NCBI RefSeq assembly: GCF_963921235.1
Contig: NC_086097.1
Span: 252,528,001-252,592,000, forward strand
Length of the DNA: 64,000 nt
DNA from: Mobula hypostoma
Lineage: Eukaryota
Direction: 5' to 3'
The notes under the pieces were generated by a model. The model was not told the origin of the DNA and did not search any database. It worked only from the letters and a program-made list of their open reading frames with translations. Position numbers and translations under genes: made by a program. Positions 23,995 through 37,472 of the stretch are shown piece after piece; position 1 is the stretch's first letter; every line of letters begins with the position of its first letter.

Positions 23995-25330
23995 GACGAG
24001 GTGAGAAATCCTGCAAATTTCTATGGATGTACGTTGGAGGGCATTCTGATTGGTTGCATCACCGCTTTGAATGGAGGCCCCAATGCAGAGGATCAGAAAA
24101 ATCTGCAGAAAGTTGTAAACTCAGCCATCCATCATGGGCACCAGCCTCCCCAACATCGAGGACACCTTCAAAAGATGATGTCTCAGAAAGGCAGCATCCA
24201 TCATATAGAATTCCCATCACCCAGGACAGGCCCTCTTCTCATTGCTACCATCCTGGAGGAGTTATAGGAGCCTCTAGACAAACACTGGAACAGCTTTTTC
24301 CCCCCACCATCAGATTTCTGAATGGAACATGAACTCATGAACACTCACGAACAAGAAAATCTGCAGACATTGGAAATCCAGAGCAACACACACAAAGAAT
24401 GCTGAATGAACTCAGCAGGTCAGGCGGCATCTATGGAGGGGAGTAAACAGGCAACGTTTGGGGTGAGAGCTTCATCAGGACTGGAAAGGAAGGGGGAAGC
24501 TGCCAGATGCAAGATATATCTACATCCCAAATGCTTTTACTGTGGCAAGAGGATATTTTATGAAGGGCATTATAATACTAGGTGCCTTTCTCTCCATAGT
24601 TATGTTATTTAAAATTTATCTGTGGAATTCATTGCCACAGACGGCTGTGGAGGCCAAGTCATTGGGCATATTTAAAGTGGAGGTTGATACGTTCTTGATT
24701 AGTAAGGACATCAAAGGTTATGGGGAGAAGGCAGGAGAATGGGATTGAGAGGGATAATAAGTCAGCTGTGATGAAATGGCAGAGCAAACTCAATGGTAAT
24801 TCTGCTCCTTGATGGTCAGGGTCCTGGTGATGGATGCAGCTTTCCTGTGATAGCACTCCGTGTAGATGTGCTCAATGGTGGGGAGGGTTGTACCTGTGAT
24901 GGCCTGGGCCATATCCACTAACTTTTGTACAAGGGCATTAGTGTTTCCATATCAGACCACGATGCAATCAGAGTCAAAATCAGAATCACAATCAGGTTTA
25001 TTATCACCAGCATGTGACGTGAAATTTGTTAACTTAGCAGCAGCAGTTCAATGCAATACATAATCTAGCAGAGAGAAAAAAATAAATAAATAAGTAAATC
25101 AATTACAGTATACGTATATTGAATAGTTTAAAAACATGCAAAAACCAGAAATATTATATATTAAAAATGTGAGATAGTGTCCAAGGGTTCAGTCATTATA
25201 CTCTCCATCAACAAATATGTCAAAGTTTTAGTTGTCTTGCCGAATTTTTGCAACTTCTACGAAAGTAGAGCTGCTGCCATGCTTTCTTCGTAATTGCACA
25301 TACTGTATGAACAGATCTTCTGAAATTATA
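23995..25330. mobile_element. Cluster of decayed Rex-like, Penelope-end and CR1 fragments
   Basis: NFYGCTLEGILIGCIT peptide (24001..24267), Penelope terminal motif near 24345-24505, CR1 3' end near 24615-24810. Confidence 0.6.
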
Positions 25331-25519
25331 ACACCTTTTTTGACTTCTGAAAGAACTTTGGATCAAAAAAATCAGATTCCAACAGCATCCACCAATACTG
25401 ACTAAGCCTGCAGAGTCACAAAGTGATCAGGTACTAAACTGATCCAGAAAGAGTCCACAGGAGGGGAGAACTTTCTTCACTTTGTCACTAGTCCAGGGGC
25501 AGAGCTACCAATCTGTGCC

Positions 25520-26281
25520 AGCACTGATATCACTGCCACGGTCCTTGGTAAGATACCACGGTCCAGGAGATAGGTAAGAGGTTCTGTGGAAGAGATTGAG
25601 AATCCCAGATGGTCTGTTGCCCCCCTGGTGCCAGGGTCCGCAATATCTTAGATCGAGTTCTCAGTATTCTCAAGAGGGAGGGTGAGCAGCCAGATGTTGT
25701 GGTCCATGTAGGGACCAATGACGTGGATAGGAAGGAGGAGGAGATCCTGCAAAGAGAACTTAGGGAGTTATGTGCAAAGTTGAAGGACAGGACCTCCAGG
25801 GTTGCAATCTCAGGATTGCTACCCATGCCACGTGCTAGTGAGGCTAGAAATAGGAAAATAATGCAGCTAAATACGTGGCTAAGGAGTTGGTGCAGGAGGG
25901 AGGGGTTCATGTTTCTGGACAATTGGGCCTTGTTCCAGGGAAGGTGGGACCTGTTCTGACGGGACGGGTTGCGCCTGAACTGGAGGGGGACTAACATCCT
26001 TGAGGGTGGGTTTGCTAGTGCTGCTCTGGGGGGTTTAAACTAGATTTGCTGGCGGGGGGGGGGAACCACAGTGTTAGAGCAGATAGTGAGGTGGAGGAGG
26101 ATAAAGGTCATGCGAGAACTGCAAGTATAGTGTATGGAGTAAGGCCAGATCTAACATATAAAGAGGTTTTGAGGAAAGAGAAGCAGAATAAAGGGTATAA
26201 AGGCAGTAAGGTAGAAGGGCTGAAATGTGTGTACCTCAATGCAAGAAGCATCAGGAACAAAGAATGAACTGAAAGCTTGGA
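25520..26281 (+). mobile_element. CR1 5' fragment: ORF1 esterase-like (SGNH) domain and start of ORF2
   Basis: CCPPGARV...VVVHVGTNDV (25609..25959) followed by LKCVYLNARSIRNK. Confidence 0.9.
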
Positions 26282-28324
26282 CCCAGTACTCCAAGTGTGG
26301 CCTAACCAGAGTTTTTTAGAGCTGCATCATTACATCGCGACTCTTAAACTCTATCCCTCGACTTACGAAAGCCAACACCCCATAAGCTTTCTTAACTACC
26401 CTATCTATCTGTGAGGCAACTTTCAGGGATCTGTGGACATGTACCCCCAGATCGCTCTGCTCCTCCACACTACCAAGTATCCTGCCATTTACCTTGTACT
26501 CTGCCTTGGAGTTTGTCCTTCCAAAGTGTACCACCTCACACTTCTCTGGGTTGAATTCCATCTGCCATTTCTCAGCCCACTTCTGCATCCTATCAATGTC
26601 TCTCTGCAATCTTCGACAATCCTCTACACTACGCAGAACACCACCAACGTTTGTGTCATCTGCAAACTTGCCAACCCACCCTTCTACCCCCACATCCAGG
26701 GCATTAATAAAAATCATGAAAAGTAAAGGTCCAAGAACCGCTCCTTGTGGGACACCACTAGTCACAATCCTCCATCTGAATGTACTCCCTCCACCACGAC
26801 CCTCTGCATTCTACAGCAAGCCAATTCTGAATCCACCTGGCCAAACTTCCCTGGATCCCATGCCTTCTGACATTCTGAATAAGCCTATCGTGTGGATCCT
26901 CGTCAAATGCCTTACTAAAATCCATGTAGATCACATCCAGTGCACTACCCTCATGTATATGCCTGGTCACCTCCTCAAAGAACTCTATCAGGCTTGTTAG
27001 ACACAATCTGCCCTTCGCAAAGCCATGCTGACTGTCCCTGATCAGACCATGATTCTCTAAATGCCCTGAGATCCTATCTCTAAGAATCTTTTCCAACAGC
27101 TTTCCCACCACAGACATAAGTCTCACTGGTCTATAATTACCCGGACTATCCCTACTACCTTTTTTGAACAAGGGAGCAACATTCACCTCCCTCCACCCCT
27201 CCGGTACCATTCCCGTGGACAACGAGGACATAAAGATCCGAGCCAGAGGCTCAGCAATCTCTTCCCTCGCCTCGTAGAGCAGCCTGGGGAATATTCCATC
27301 AGGCCCCGGGGACTTATCCGTCCTAATGTATTTTAACAACTCCAACATCTCCTCTCCCTTAATATCAACATGCTCCAGAACATCAATCTCACTCATATTG
27401 TCCTCACCATCATCAAGTTCCCTCTCATTGGTGAATACTGAAGAGGAGTATTCATTGAGGACCTCTCTCACTTCCACAGCCTCCAGGCTCATCTTCCCAC
27501 CTTTGTCTCTAATCAGTCCTACCTTCACTCCTGTTATCCTTTTGTTCTTCACATAATTGAAGAATGCCTTGGGATTTTCCTTTACCCTACTCGCCAAGGC
27601 CTTCTCATGCCCCCTTCTTGCTCTTCTCAGCCCCTTCTCAAGCTCCTTTTTGCTATCCTATATTCCTCAATAGACCCATCTGATCCTTGCTTCCTAAACC
27701 TCATGTATGCTGCCTTCTTCCACCTGACTAGATTTTTCCACCTCACTTGTCACCCATGGTTCCTTCACCCTACCATTCTTTATCTTCCTCACTGGGACAA
27801 ATTTATCCCTTACATCCCGCAAGAGATCTCTAAACATCGACCACATGTCCATAGTACATTTCCCTGCAAAAACATCATCCCAATTCACACCCGCAAGTTC
27901 TATCCTTATAGCCTCATAATTTTTCCTTCCCCAATTAAAAATTTTCCTGTCGTCTCTGATTCTATAGAATACTCCCAATAGAGTAACTGCTCCCTTTCTG
28001 TTCCTGACTTCTAACCATACTCACTCAGAAGAGGATCCTGCTACATTACCCACCCTTTCTGTAGCTGTAATAGTATCCCTGACCAGTAATGCCACCCCTC
28101 CTCCCCTTCCCCCACTCTCTATCCCTTTTAAAGCACTGAAATCCAGGAATATTGAGAATCCATTCCTGCCCTGGTTCCAGCCAAGTCTCTGTAATGGCCA
28201 CTACATCATAATTCCATGTATCATCCAAGCTATCAGTTCATCACCTTTGTTCCTGATGCTTCTTGCATTGAGGTACACACACTTTAGCCCTTCTACCTTC
28301 CTACCTTTACAGCCTTTATTTTGT
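26281..28324 (-). mobile_element. CR1 ORF2 segment (endonuclease to RT), inverted relative to the flanking CR1 pieces
   Basis: ORFs 26316..26765, 26758..27597 and 28046..28228. Closely similar to the 4045-6975 copy, with an internal deletion near 27963. Confidence 0.92.
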
Positions 28325-28330
28325 GTTGCC

Positions 28331-28824
28331 TCACCAGGATGCTGCCTGGTTTAGAGAGTATGAATTATGATCAGAGGTTAAGGGAGCTAGGGCTTTACTC
28401 TTTGGAGAGAAGGAGGATGAGAGGCGACATGATAGTCATAGTCATAGTCATACTTTATTAATCCCGGGGGAAATTGGTTATATGATAGAGGTATACAAGA
28501 TAATAAGAGGAATAGATAGAGTCGATAGCCAGTGTGTTTTCCCCAGGGCACCACTGCTCAATACAAGAGGACTTGGCTTTAAGGTAAGGGGTGGGAAGTT
28601 CAAGGGGGATAGTAGAGGAAGGTTTTTCACTCAGAGAGTGGTTGGTGTGTGGAATGCACTGCCTGAGTCAGTGGTAGTGAAATTTAAGAGATTACTAGAC
28701 AGGTATATGGAGGAATTTAAGGTGGGGGGGGGTTATATTGGAGGCAGGATTTAAGGGTTGGCACAGCATTGTGGGCCAAAGGGCCTGTACTGTGCTGTAC
28801 TATTTTATGTTCTATGTTCTATGT
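28331..28824 (+). mobile_element. CR1 3' end
   Basis: Resumes at TRMLPGLES, includes ORF 28482..28754 and ends in a (TGTTCTA)n tail. Confidence 0.9.
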
Positions 28825-29562
28825 CTGCATTCCGAGGACACAACTTAGTGTATGTGTGACGTTACCACCATGCTAAATTGGACAGGTTCAGAACAAGCCC
28901 AGCAATTCAAACTTGTTGTCTGTTACCGTGCATCGTACTGTCTTATCACACCAACAAAACTCCACCATAAAGTGCAACTTCATAAATCAATAGGTACATT
29001 TAATGTCGGTGAAATGTATACAATATACATCCTGAAATTCTTTTTCTTCGCAAACATCCACAAGAACAGTGGAGTGCCCCAAAGAATGAATGACAGTTAA
29101 ACGTTGGAACCCCAAAACTCTGCCTACCCAACTCCCTGCTCCCATGCACAAGCAGCAGCAAGTCAATGACCCCCCCCCAACCATCCCCACCAGCACAAAT
29201 GCAACAGCACCCTCCATCGAGCACTCAAGCGTGCAGCAAACATGAATTCAGACACAGACTTGTAGTACCCCGGCCACCCGGTAATTCGACATATCACAGA
29301 CTCTGTCTTTCCCTGATAAGGGAAAAAGAGGTGTCCCCATTTCACAGCGAGAGGTGAGACATAACAAAGAACTCACTGATTAACAATGTTAAAAGTCTGT
29401 TGCGTCGCTTTTTCTGAGTTCTGTGCCCAGAGAATGGGCCCCGGAAAGCCGCAGTTCCAGACAGGTGCTTCAGTTACCATCAGACCAGGAGATGAGACCT
29501 GGTTTATTGATTCACAATCCGGTTTAATGTTACTGGCATTATGTTGTGAAATTTGTTGTTTT

Positions 29563-30055
29563 AGAAACCTAGAAACATAGAAAATAGGTGCAGGAGTAGG
29601 CCATTCGGCCCCTCGAGCCTGCACCGCCATTCAGTACGATCATGGCTGATCATCCAACTCAGAACCCTGTACCTGCCTTCTCTCCATACCCCCTGATCCC
29701 TTTAGCCACAAGAGCCATATCTAACTCCCTCTTAAATATAGCCAATGAACTGGCCTCAACTGTTTCCTGTGGCAGAGAATTCCACAGATTCACCACTCTC
29801 TGTGTGAAGAAGTTTTTCCTCATCTCGGTCCTAAAAGGCTTCCCCTTTATCCTCAAACTGTGACCCCTCATTCTGGACTTCCCCAACATCAGGAACAATC
29901 TTCCTGCGTCTAGCCTGTCCAATCCCTTTAGGATTTTATACGTTTCAATCAGATCCCCCCTCAATCTTGTAAATTCCAGAGAATACAAGGCTAGTCGATC
30001 CAGTCTTTCATAATATGAAAGTCCTGCCATCCCAGGAATCAATCTGGTGAACCTT
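29563..30055 (-). mobile_element. CR1 3' fragment of the same young family as 1-1158
   Basis: ORF 29659..30042 is nearly identical to the C-terminus of ORF 10..1065. Confidence 0.92.
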
Positions 30056-31428
30056 TTGTGGCAGCAACATAGAGCAATACATAAAATATACTATAAATTA
30101 TAATGAGAAATATAAGATAAATAAATACAGAATGCAAAAGAAGAGCACGAATAGTGAGGTGGTGTTCATCGGTTCATTGCCCGTTCAGAAATCTGATGGC
30201 AGAGGGGAAGAAGGTTTTCCTGAATCATTGAGTGTGTGTCCTCGGGCTCCTGTACTTCCTCCCTGATGGCAGCAATGAGAAGAGGGCATGTCCTGGATGA
30301 TGGATAGGGGGTAGGTCTGCACAGCCAGTTCTGGGTGTCAGATGTTGGATTTCCAGGAGACTCCCAGCCTCCCCGATGGCCACATCTGCACAAAGTGCAT
30401 CGAGCTGCAGCTTCTGAGAGACTATGTTAGCTCGATGACCTTCGGCTTGTTAGGGAAAGTGAAGCAGGGATAGACAGGAGCTACTAATGATAGTATTTCC
30501 TATGGTGGGGGTATCCGGATCTAGAGGGCACAGCCTCAAAATGGAGGGGCAACCTTCTAAAACAGAGGTAAGGACGATTTTTTTTAGCCAGTGAGTAGTG
30601 TACCTATGGAATGCTCGGCCACAGACTCCAGTGGTGGCCAAGTCCGTGATTATATTTAAGGCGGAAGTTGATAGTTTTCTGATCGGTCAAAGCACCAAAG
30701 GATATGGCAAGACGGAAGGTGTATAGGATTGAGTGGGATCCAGGATCAGCCATGATGGAATGGCGGAGCAGACTCGATGGATGAATGGCCTAATTTTCCT
30801 CCTATGTCTTATGGTCTTATGGATCATAATGATGGACGCCACCTTTTTGAGCATCACCTTTTGATGGTGTTCTCCATGCTGGGGAAGCTAGTGCCCATGA
30901 TGGAGTTGGCTGAACACTCTGGAGCTTTTTCCAACGCTGGGCACTGGAGCCTCCACACCAGGCAATGATGCAACCAGTTAGAATGCTCTCCATAGTACAT
31001 CTACAGTAATCTGCTAGAGTCTTAGGCAGAATAACAGTTTGTCATGGACTACATGGGGTTTGTTTCTGTGTTGTAGTGCTGTATGATGGTATGACCAGAC
31101 ACAATTTCCTCACACTCACTATCCCTAATCACTTACCTTTCCAAATGCATGTGCTTATTTGTAAATTTGCAAGTTAGGATGTTGAAAGACATAACCATGT
31201 ATGCAGTACAGTGCATTAAGAAATCAAAGTTAAAGTTTGCATGAAAGCACTGGAGGGAGCTAACAGTTCAGAGATATTAACCAAATATTTCAGTGCGACG
31301 GATAGTCTGTGGGATGACTGTTACATCAAATCAGTGAAATACTTTCAATGTGTGGTGAAGAAGCCTGGCTAAAGGTGGCTTCCGATACCTTGGTGAATCT
31401 GAATTTCCACTAGCAAAGACTCATAGTG

Positions 31429-31978
31429 TACTCAGGACCCACTTTATTAGGCTGCTCCTCTACCGAATGAAATGGCCACTGAGTGTATATTCATGGCTTC
31501 TGCTGCTGTAGCCCATCCACTTCAAGGTTCGATGTGTTGTGCATTCAGAGATGCTCTTCTGCACATCACTGTTGTGACCCGTGGTTATTTGAGTTACTGT
31601 CACCTTCCTGTCAGCTTGAACCAGTCTGGCCATTCTCCTCTGACCTCTCTCGTCAACAAAGTGTTCTCACCCACAGAACAGTGTTTTTTTTGTTTTTCAC
31701 ACCATTCTCTGTAAACTCTAGAGAGTAGTGTGTGAAAATCCCAGGAGATCAGCAGTTTCTGAGATACTCAAACCACCTTGTCTGACACCAACACTCATTC
31801 CATTCCATGGTTAGATCACATTTCTTCCCCATTCTGTTGTTTGGTCTGAACAACAACTGAACCTCTTGACCATGTCTGCTGCTTTTATGCATTGAGCTGC
31901 TGCCCTGTGATTGGCCACTCGGAGTTTTCCATTAATGAGGGGGTGTACAGGTGGACCTGGTGAAGTGGGCACTGAGTG
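31429..31978 (-). mobile_element. Non-autonomous Tc1/mariner element
   Basis: CACTCAGTGGCCACTTTATTAGG-type termini followed by TA, with a remnant of the Tc1 transposase N-terminus on the minus strand. Paralogous to 38334-38891. Confidence 0.75.
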
Positions 31979-32151
31979 TACTGTGAATTGTATTGTTTGC
32001 TTTAACAACTGACACAACCTAAGGGTGTACTAGGGGCATCCCACAGGTGTTGCCACACATTCTGACCCCAACAGAATGTTCAGCAGAACAACAGAACAAA
32101 ACAAACAAAAATAACAACATAGCAAATCCTTTTTCCCAGCCCCTACCCCCC

Positions 32152-32161
32152 CACACACACA

Positions 32162-32224
<63 letters not shown>

Positions 32225-32234
32225 TCACACACAC
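32152..32234. repeat. (CA)n microsatellite
   Basis: Directly visible, about 40 units with CT interruptions. Confidence 0.98.
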
Positions 32235-34059
32235 CTTGGAGGATATATTTCTTGGGGCCAACAAGTTTATTTAATCACTAAGAAGACATGCCAGTGGTGA
32301 TATTTCATAAGGAGCTCGAGGAGATTTGGTATGTCACCAAAGACTTGTGCAAATTTCGGCAGATGGCCGGCATTCTGTTTGCAGCACTGCCTGGTGTGGA
32401 GGCTCCAACGCACAGCGGGTTGTAAATCTAGCCAGCAACAACATTTCTCACTACTGGAAATGTACTGCTTATGTTGTGGCATATCCACATCAAGGCAGCA
32501 GTGAAGGTCAGCACAGTATGTGCATTGACACTGAGACAGTGCAGCAAGACGAGAAACTCGACAAAGCCTATCTTGGAACTTTGCAATGGAAGGTCAAGTT
32601 TTTTGAGACCCTTGCCGCACTGTCGCCTGTTGCTGCCGTGCAGGAGAGGAGAATTGGAGGTGGTTCGACGCGGTAGGCGTCCGTGCTGGATTGGGGCCGG
32701 CCCCCCTCGTCTGTGCTGCCCTTAAGTGTTGGCTCAGTGGTAGACAATCTGGTTTGGGTTCACCTGCAACTGCACTAAACCGTGAAGGATGAACTGCTGC
32801 GGCCTTGTCCTTGGTGACAACACCCTTGCATCATCACTCCACAGGACTTGGCCTATATTATTTTTTTTGGTATGGCTGTATGTTTACTTGCTATCTGATA
32901 CTGTATGTGCAATATGTGCCTCTGCTGTGTGTGAATGACGGTTCAGTGTTTTGCACCTTGGCCCAGGAGTAACTTTGTTTCACTTGGCTGTATTCATGGG
33001 TATTCATGCACGGTTGAATGGCAATGAAACTTGAACTTCAAAAAAACTGTAGGCTGTGACAAACACTGGCTAACACCTTAAAAATGTAATTGTGAAATTT
33101 CTGGGCAAAATGTTTACACTAAGTGAAATAATTTTCATAAGTGAAATAATTTTAATAAATCATTTCAATTTACTCATTCAAATAACTTTTGAAAAACTTG
33201 GATATTTAGCCAATGCTCTGGTTTGGTTTTAGCTTTAATTTTTCAGTAAAAGGGATTTAGCAGAATCTTAAGTCCCCGGAATTCAGGAAAGTAGGTGACA
33301 AAAGATGTTCTGCAGGTGCTGGAGTCTTGAGCCTGATGTAGGGTCTCGGCCAGAATGTTGACTGTTCATTTCCTCCCATCGATGCTACCTGACCTGCTGA
33401 GTTCCTCCCGTCTTTTGTGTGGGTTGCCGGGGAAGTTGGTGGCCTGTGGTGGTGAATCTGTGGAATTCATTGCTACAGATAGCTGTGTAGGCCAAGTCAT
33501 TGGGTAGACTTAATACAGAGGCTGATAGGTTCTTGATTAGACGGGGCATGGGAAGTTATGGGTCGAAGGCAGGAGAATAGGGTGGTGAGGTATAATAAGT
33601 CAGCCATAATTGACTGGTGGAACAGATTCAATGGGCTGAATGGCCTAATTCTGCTCCTATGTCTTCTATGCTTATGGATTAGAGAAGTTAGCTGATGAAT
33701 TGTACCTTGTGGGTGGGTGAATAGGACATGACAGGTAATGTGGTTGGGGTTGGGACAGTGAAATCGGGCATTAAGCTTTGGTGTGAAGAAGTGAAATTTC
33801 ACCCCTGGTATGTTGGAGGGGAGTCTGGATGATGGGATTGGCCAAGGGCTGTAAACAGTGGAAATCAGACTCTGGGGAAGGGACGAAAGGGCCCGATGTC
33901 TTCAAGTAACATGAGCTTGAGTGATTCCCGGAAGTCAGCACCCTAATGCTTGAGACATGAGTTTACAATGCAATAATGCAGGTAGGGAAATTAAATAACG
34001 GAAATTAGGTAACTTAAAGCAGAGAATGCTTTAAATATTCAACTGGTTCAAAGTTCAAT

Positions 34060-34740
34060 GAAAGGCAGCACCATCAAGGCAGAAAACCATTGGGTGAAAG
34101 ACAGCAAACTGCAAATACAAAAAGAAAGAAAAAAAAAGACAAAATATTAATAAATAAACAAGCAATAAATATTGAGAACATGAGATGAAGAGTCCATGAA
34201 AGTGGGTCCATCGGTTGTGGGAACAGTTCAGTAATGGAGCAAGTGAAGTTGAGTGAAGTTATCCCCTTTGGCTCTAGAACCTGATGGTTGGAGGTAACAA
34301 CTGGTCCTGAACCTATTGGTGTGAATCCTGAGGCTCCTGTACCTTCTACCTGATGGCAGCAGTGAGAAGAGAGCATGACTTGGGTGGTGGGAGTCCTTGA
34401 TGATGGATGCTGCTTTCCTGTGATAGCACTCGGGATAGATGCGCTCAGTGTTGGGGAGGGTTTTACCCTAGATGGACTGGGCCATATTCATTAATTCTTG
34501 TAGGATTTTCCATTCAAGGGCATAGGTGTTTGCATACCAGGCTGTGACGCAGCCAGTCAATATACTCTTCACCACACATCTACAGAAGTTTGTCAAAGTT
34601 TTGGAAGTTGTGCTGAATCTTCACAAACTTCTAAGGAAGTAGAGGCTCTGCCTTCTTCATAATTGGGTCCCTGAAATGATAACACCAAGGAATTTAAAGT
34701 TGTTGACCTTTTCCACCTCTGATCGTCCAATGAGGACTTC
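34060..34740 (-). mobile_element. Decayed Rex1/Babar-like 3' fragment
   Basis: VEKVNNFKFLGVII peptide and similarity to the other Rex-like copies in the window. Confidence 0.6.
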
Positions 34741-36768
34741 CTCATGGACCTTAGCAGCCACTACATACTGGGTCTGTGATAGGTTAAGATCAGGGCCCAG
34801 TGGCAATGGAATAGGAGATGACTGGGGACCCTTCACCACTGTAGCCTTCCTCCGCTTCCACCGCCGTTGTGATGTGTCATCATCTTCCACCAGTTCTACC
34901 GCTTAGGTCTTGGTTGGATAGCACTTTTTTTCTGGAACCTCACCTTTGAGCTTACTGCCATGGGAGACCTTACCAGGAGCTAAGCTGCAGACGACATCAC
35001 TGTCGGGATCGCAGAAACTCACAAGCCTCTCCACTATGACAAGGTGATGATCCTTAGAGGAGGGAATTCATAGACCAGCAACACGACAGGATGGTTAGTA
35101 CACTTTTTACAAGAACTGAACTCATTCACAATTTAATTGTACACAATTAGTATGGATAGGCGGAATGGGGTGTCCAGGGAGGGGTAGCACCTCTAGTGAA
35201 GGGGCTTGTCATGTCCATTCTGGGGCAGCTCTCTCCATTTTGGTGCTCTCCGGACATTTAGCTCTCACTGGTGACTCCAAATAGCTGTTTTCCTGTGACA
35301 GTGGCTTCTCCCTGATACACCTCTTTGGCAGGCGATAGCTGGTGGCCCTTGGACCACGGTGAGAGAGGGACATGCCTTCCGAGCATGTGAAATCAGTTCC
35401 AGTGGGCTGGCTGGATGAGATTCATAGGGAGATCCAACGGCCAGGAAGATGGTTCTGTAATGCTTCGTGAAGAGTGAAGGACATGACAAGGTACAGAAGG
35501 AGTCATGGTCATTCACTGCAACCAAGGAAGACCCCAGTCATGGTAACTACTGATCTCGTACTTCTGAAATTGAGACAGTGGAACTGCCCTGGTGCAATGG
35601 CTTTGCCACTTTAAAAACTCTCTCACCCAGGTTTCCTGTCATTGTTGGATACGATGGACAACCACCAATTAGTATAGATATTGCACGTACCAACTAGTCA
35701 GAACAGGGAGGACAAATCACACAGTGATTAAATAATGTGTAAATTCTTTTGTATAAATTCTACTGTTATACTTTGGGGTACAAATGATCCTGTTGTTCAA
35801 GTAGAGGCCATCTGGATTTGTTTATCGACCAAGATTTCAGTTGTCGTTCTGAATAATTTTATAAAATATAATTTGAATGAGAGCTCCAAGCACTTGTCAG
35901 AAAATTACTCCTTGACTAACAGAAAAACACATGCGTCATGGGTTGTAAGAATGTTCTGTCAGTCAGCCAATACTCTGTGACCAATCTTCTCATTACTCAC
36001 AAATGAAGTGGCTTTGAAAGTATGTTGGCTTTATTAATTTTACCAATTAAAACAAGCCCACAGGCATAAATCTGGTTATACTAAAGGAAAGAGATTAATG
36101 TAAGTAATTAATGAGATAGTCTCTTTTCTTCTTGTTTCTGACAGGAAGTGGCCTACCTACTGCTGACAGTGGATTCCATGGGAACCAGTAATCTAAATTT
36201 GATCCCCAATGTTTTTTTTCAGGTAACTGTGCTACTAAGAGTTGTCAATCAGACTGTGACCCATATTCAGAATAACCCAGAATACTACAGGTCCTTCGGC
36301 CCAAGCTGCTGTGTCAACCTTTTAACCTACTCTATCATCAATCTAACCCTTCCCTCCTACATAACCCTCTATTTTTCTATCATCCATGTGCCTGTCTAAG
36401 AGTCTCTTAAGTAACCCCAAAATGTTTGCCTCTGCCACCACCTTTGGCAGGGACTTCCACACATCCAACATTTGTGTAAAAAAACACTGACATTCCCCCG
36501 CCCCCATACTTTCCTCCCATCTCCTTAAAATTATACCTTCTTTTATTAGCCATTTCCACCCTGGGAAAAAGGTCTCTGTCTATCCACTCAAACTATGCCT
36601 CTTACCACATTGTAAACCTCTATCAAGTCACCTCTCATCCTCATTCACTCCAAAGAGAAAAGCCCTAGCTTGCTCAATCTGTTCTCAAAAGACATGCTCT
36701 CTAATCTAGGCAGCTTCCTGGTAAATCTCCTCTGCACTCTCTCTAATGATTTCACATCCTTCCAATAA

Positions 36769-37472
36769 TGATAACACCCCTTTTTACTGGGCGCCTCTTG
36801 AAACGGCTTGTTAGCCCCTCGCTAACAGCCACCGGACTCAGTGCCGATAAAACACACCTGTCTCCGGCTTTGTACATCTGGGAAGTGTATGACTTTGGTC
36901 CCATCAAATCCATGAGATTGGGATGTCTCGCTTACCAAAACTCTGGTTTGTGTGTATACTGTGTGATTTACTGCCCTGCAATTGCCTGTCAGCACGAAAT
37001 AACGGATCACACGCTGCATACAATTCTAAAGAAGCATATTTATAAAAGTTAACTTAACCAAAGAGTTAGTAAAGAAAAGAAAGAAATAAACAAAAATGGT
37101 CCACTATAATTAACAGTCAAGTGTGCACAGATTGGAGCTCCAGTCTTCCAAGAGCCATATTCGCCGATCCTTAGCAGAGCTCTGCGCCTTGGTCCATCGA
37201 GTTACGTTTTCCCATGGGATCGAATCCTATGACTGATTCTGTCCAGTGTCTTCTCTCTTCATCTCCCACCGAACAAAGGCAAAGACCCACCACCGATGTC
37301 AGTCACAAAACCCCTCCCCCAGCCTTCTCCCCATTCCACTCTCCTGATTGGATGACCCACATTCCTAAGCATCCCTTATCTCCCACAGTAACCCAAACAC
37401 TGTTCCTACAGAAAGACCATTACATGAAATGCGCTGCAACATTAGCAGTAAAACCTTTACCAGGGCGTTACG
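36769..37472. mobile_element. Probable solo LTR inserted in a minus-strand CR1 fragment (about 36275-37530)
   Basis: Termini TGATAACACCC ... GGGCGTTACG are a degenerate TG..CA with a 7/8 inverted match. CR1 sequence resumes on both sides. Confidence 0.55.
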
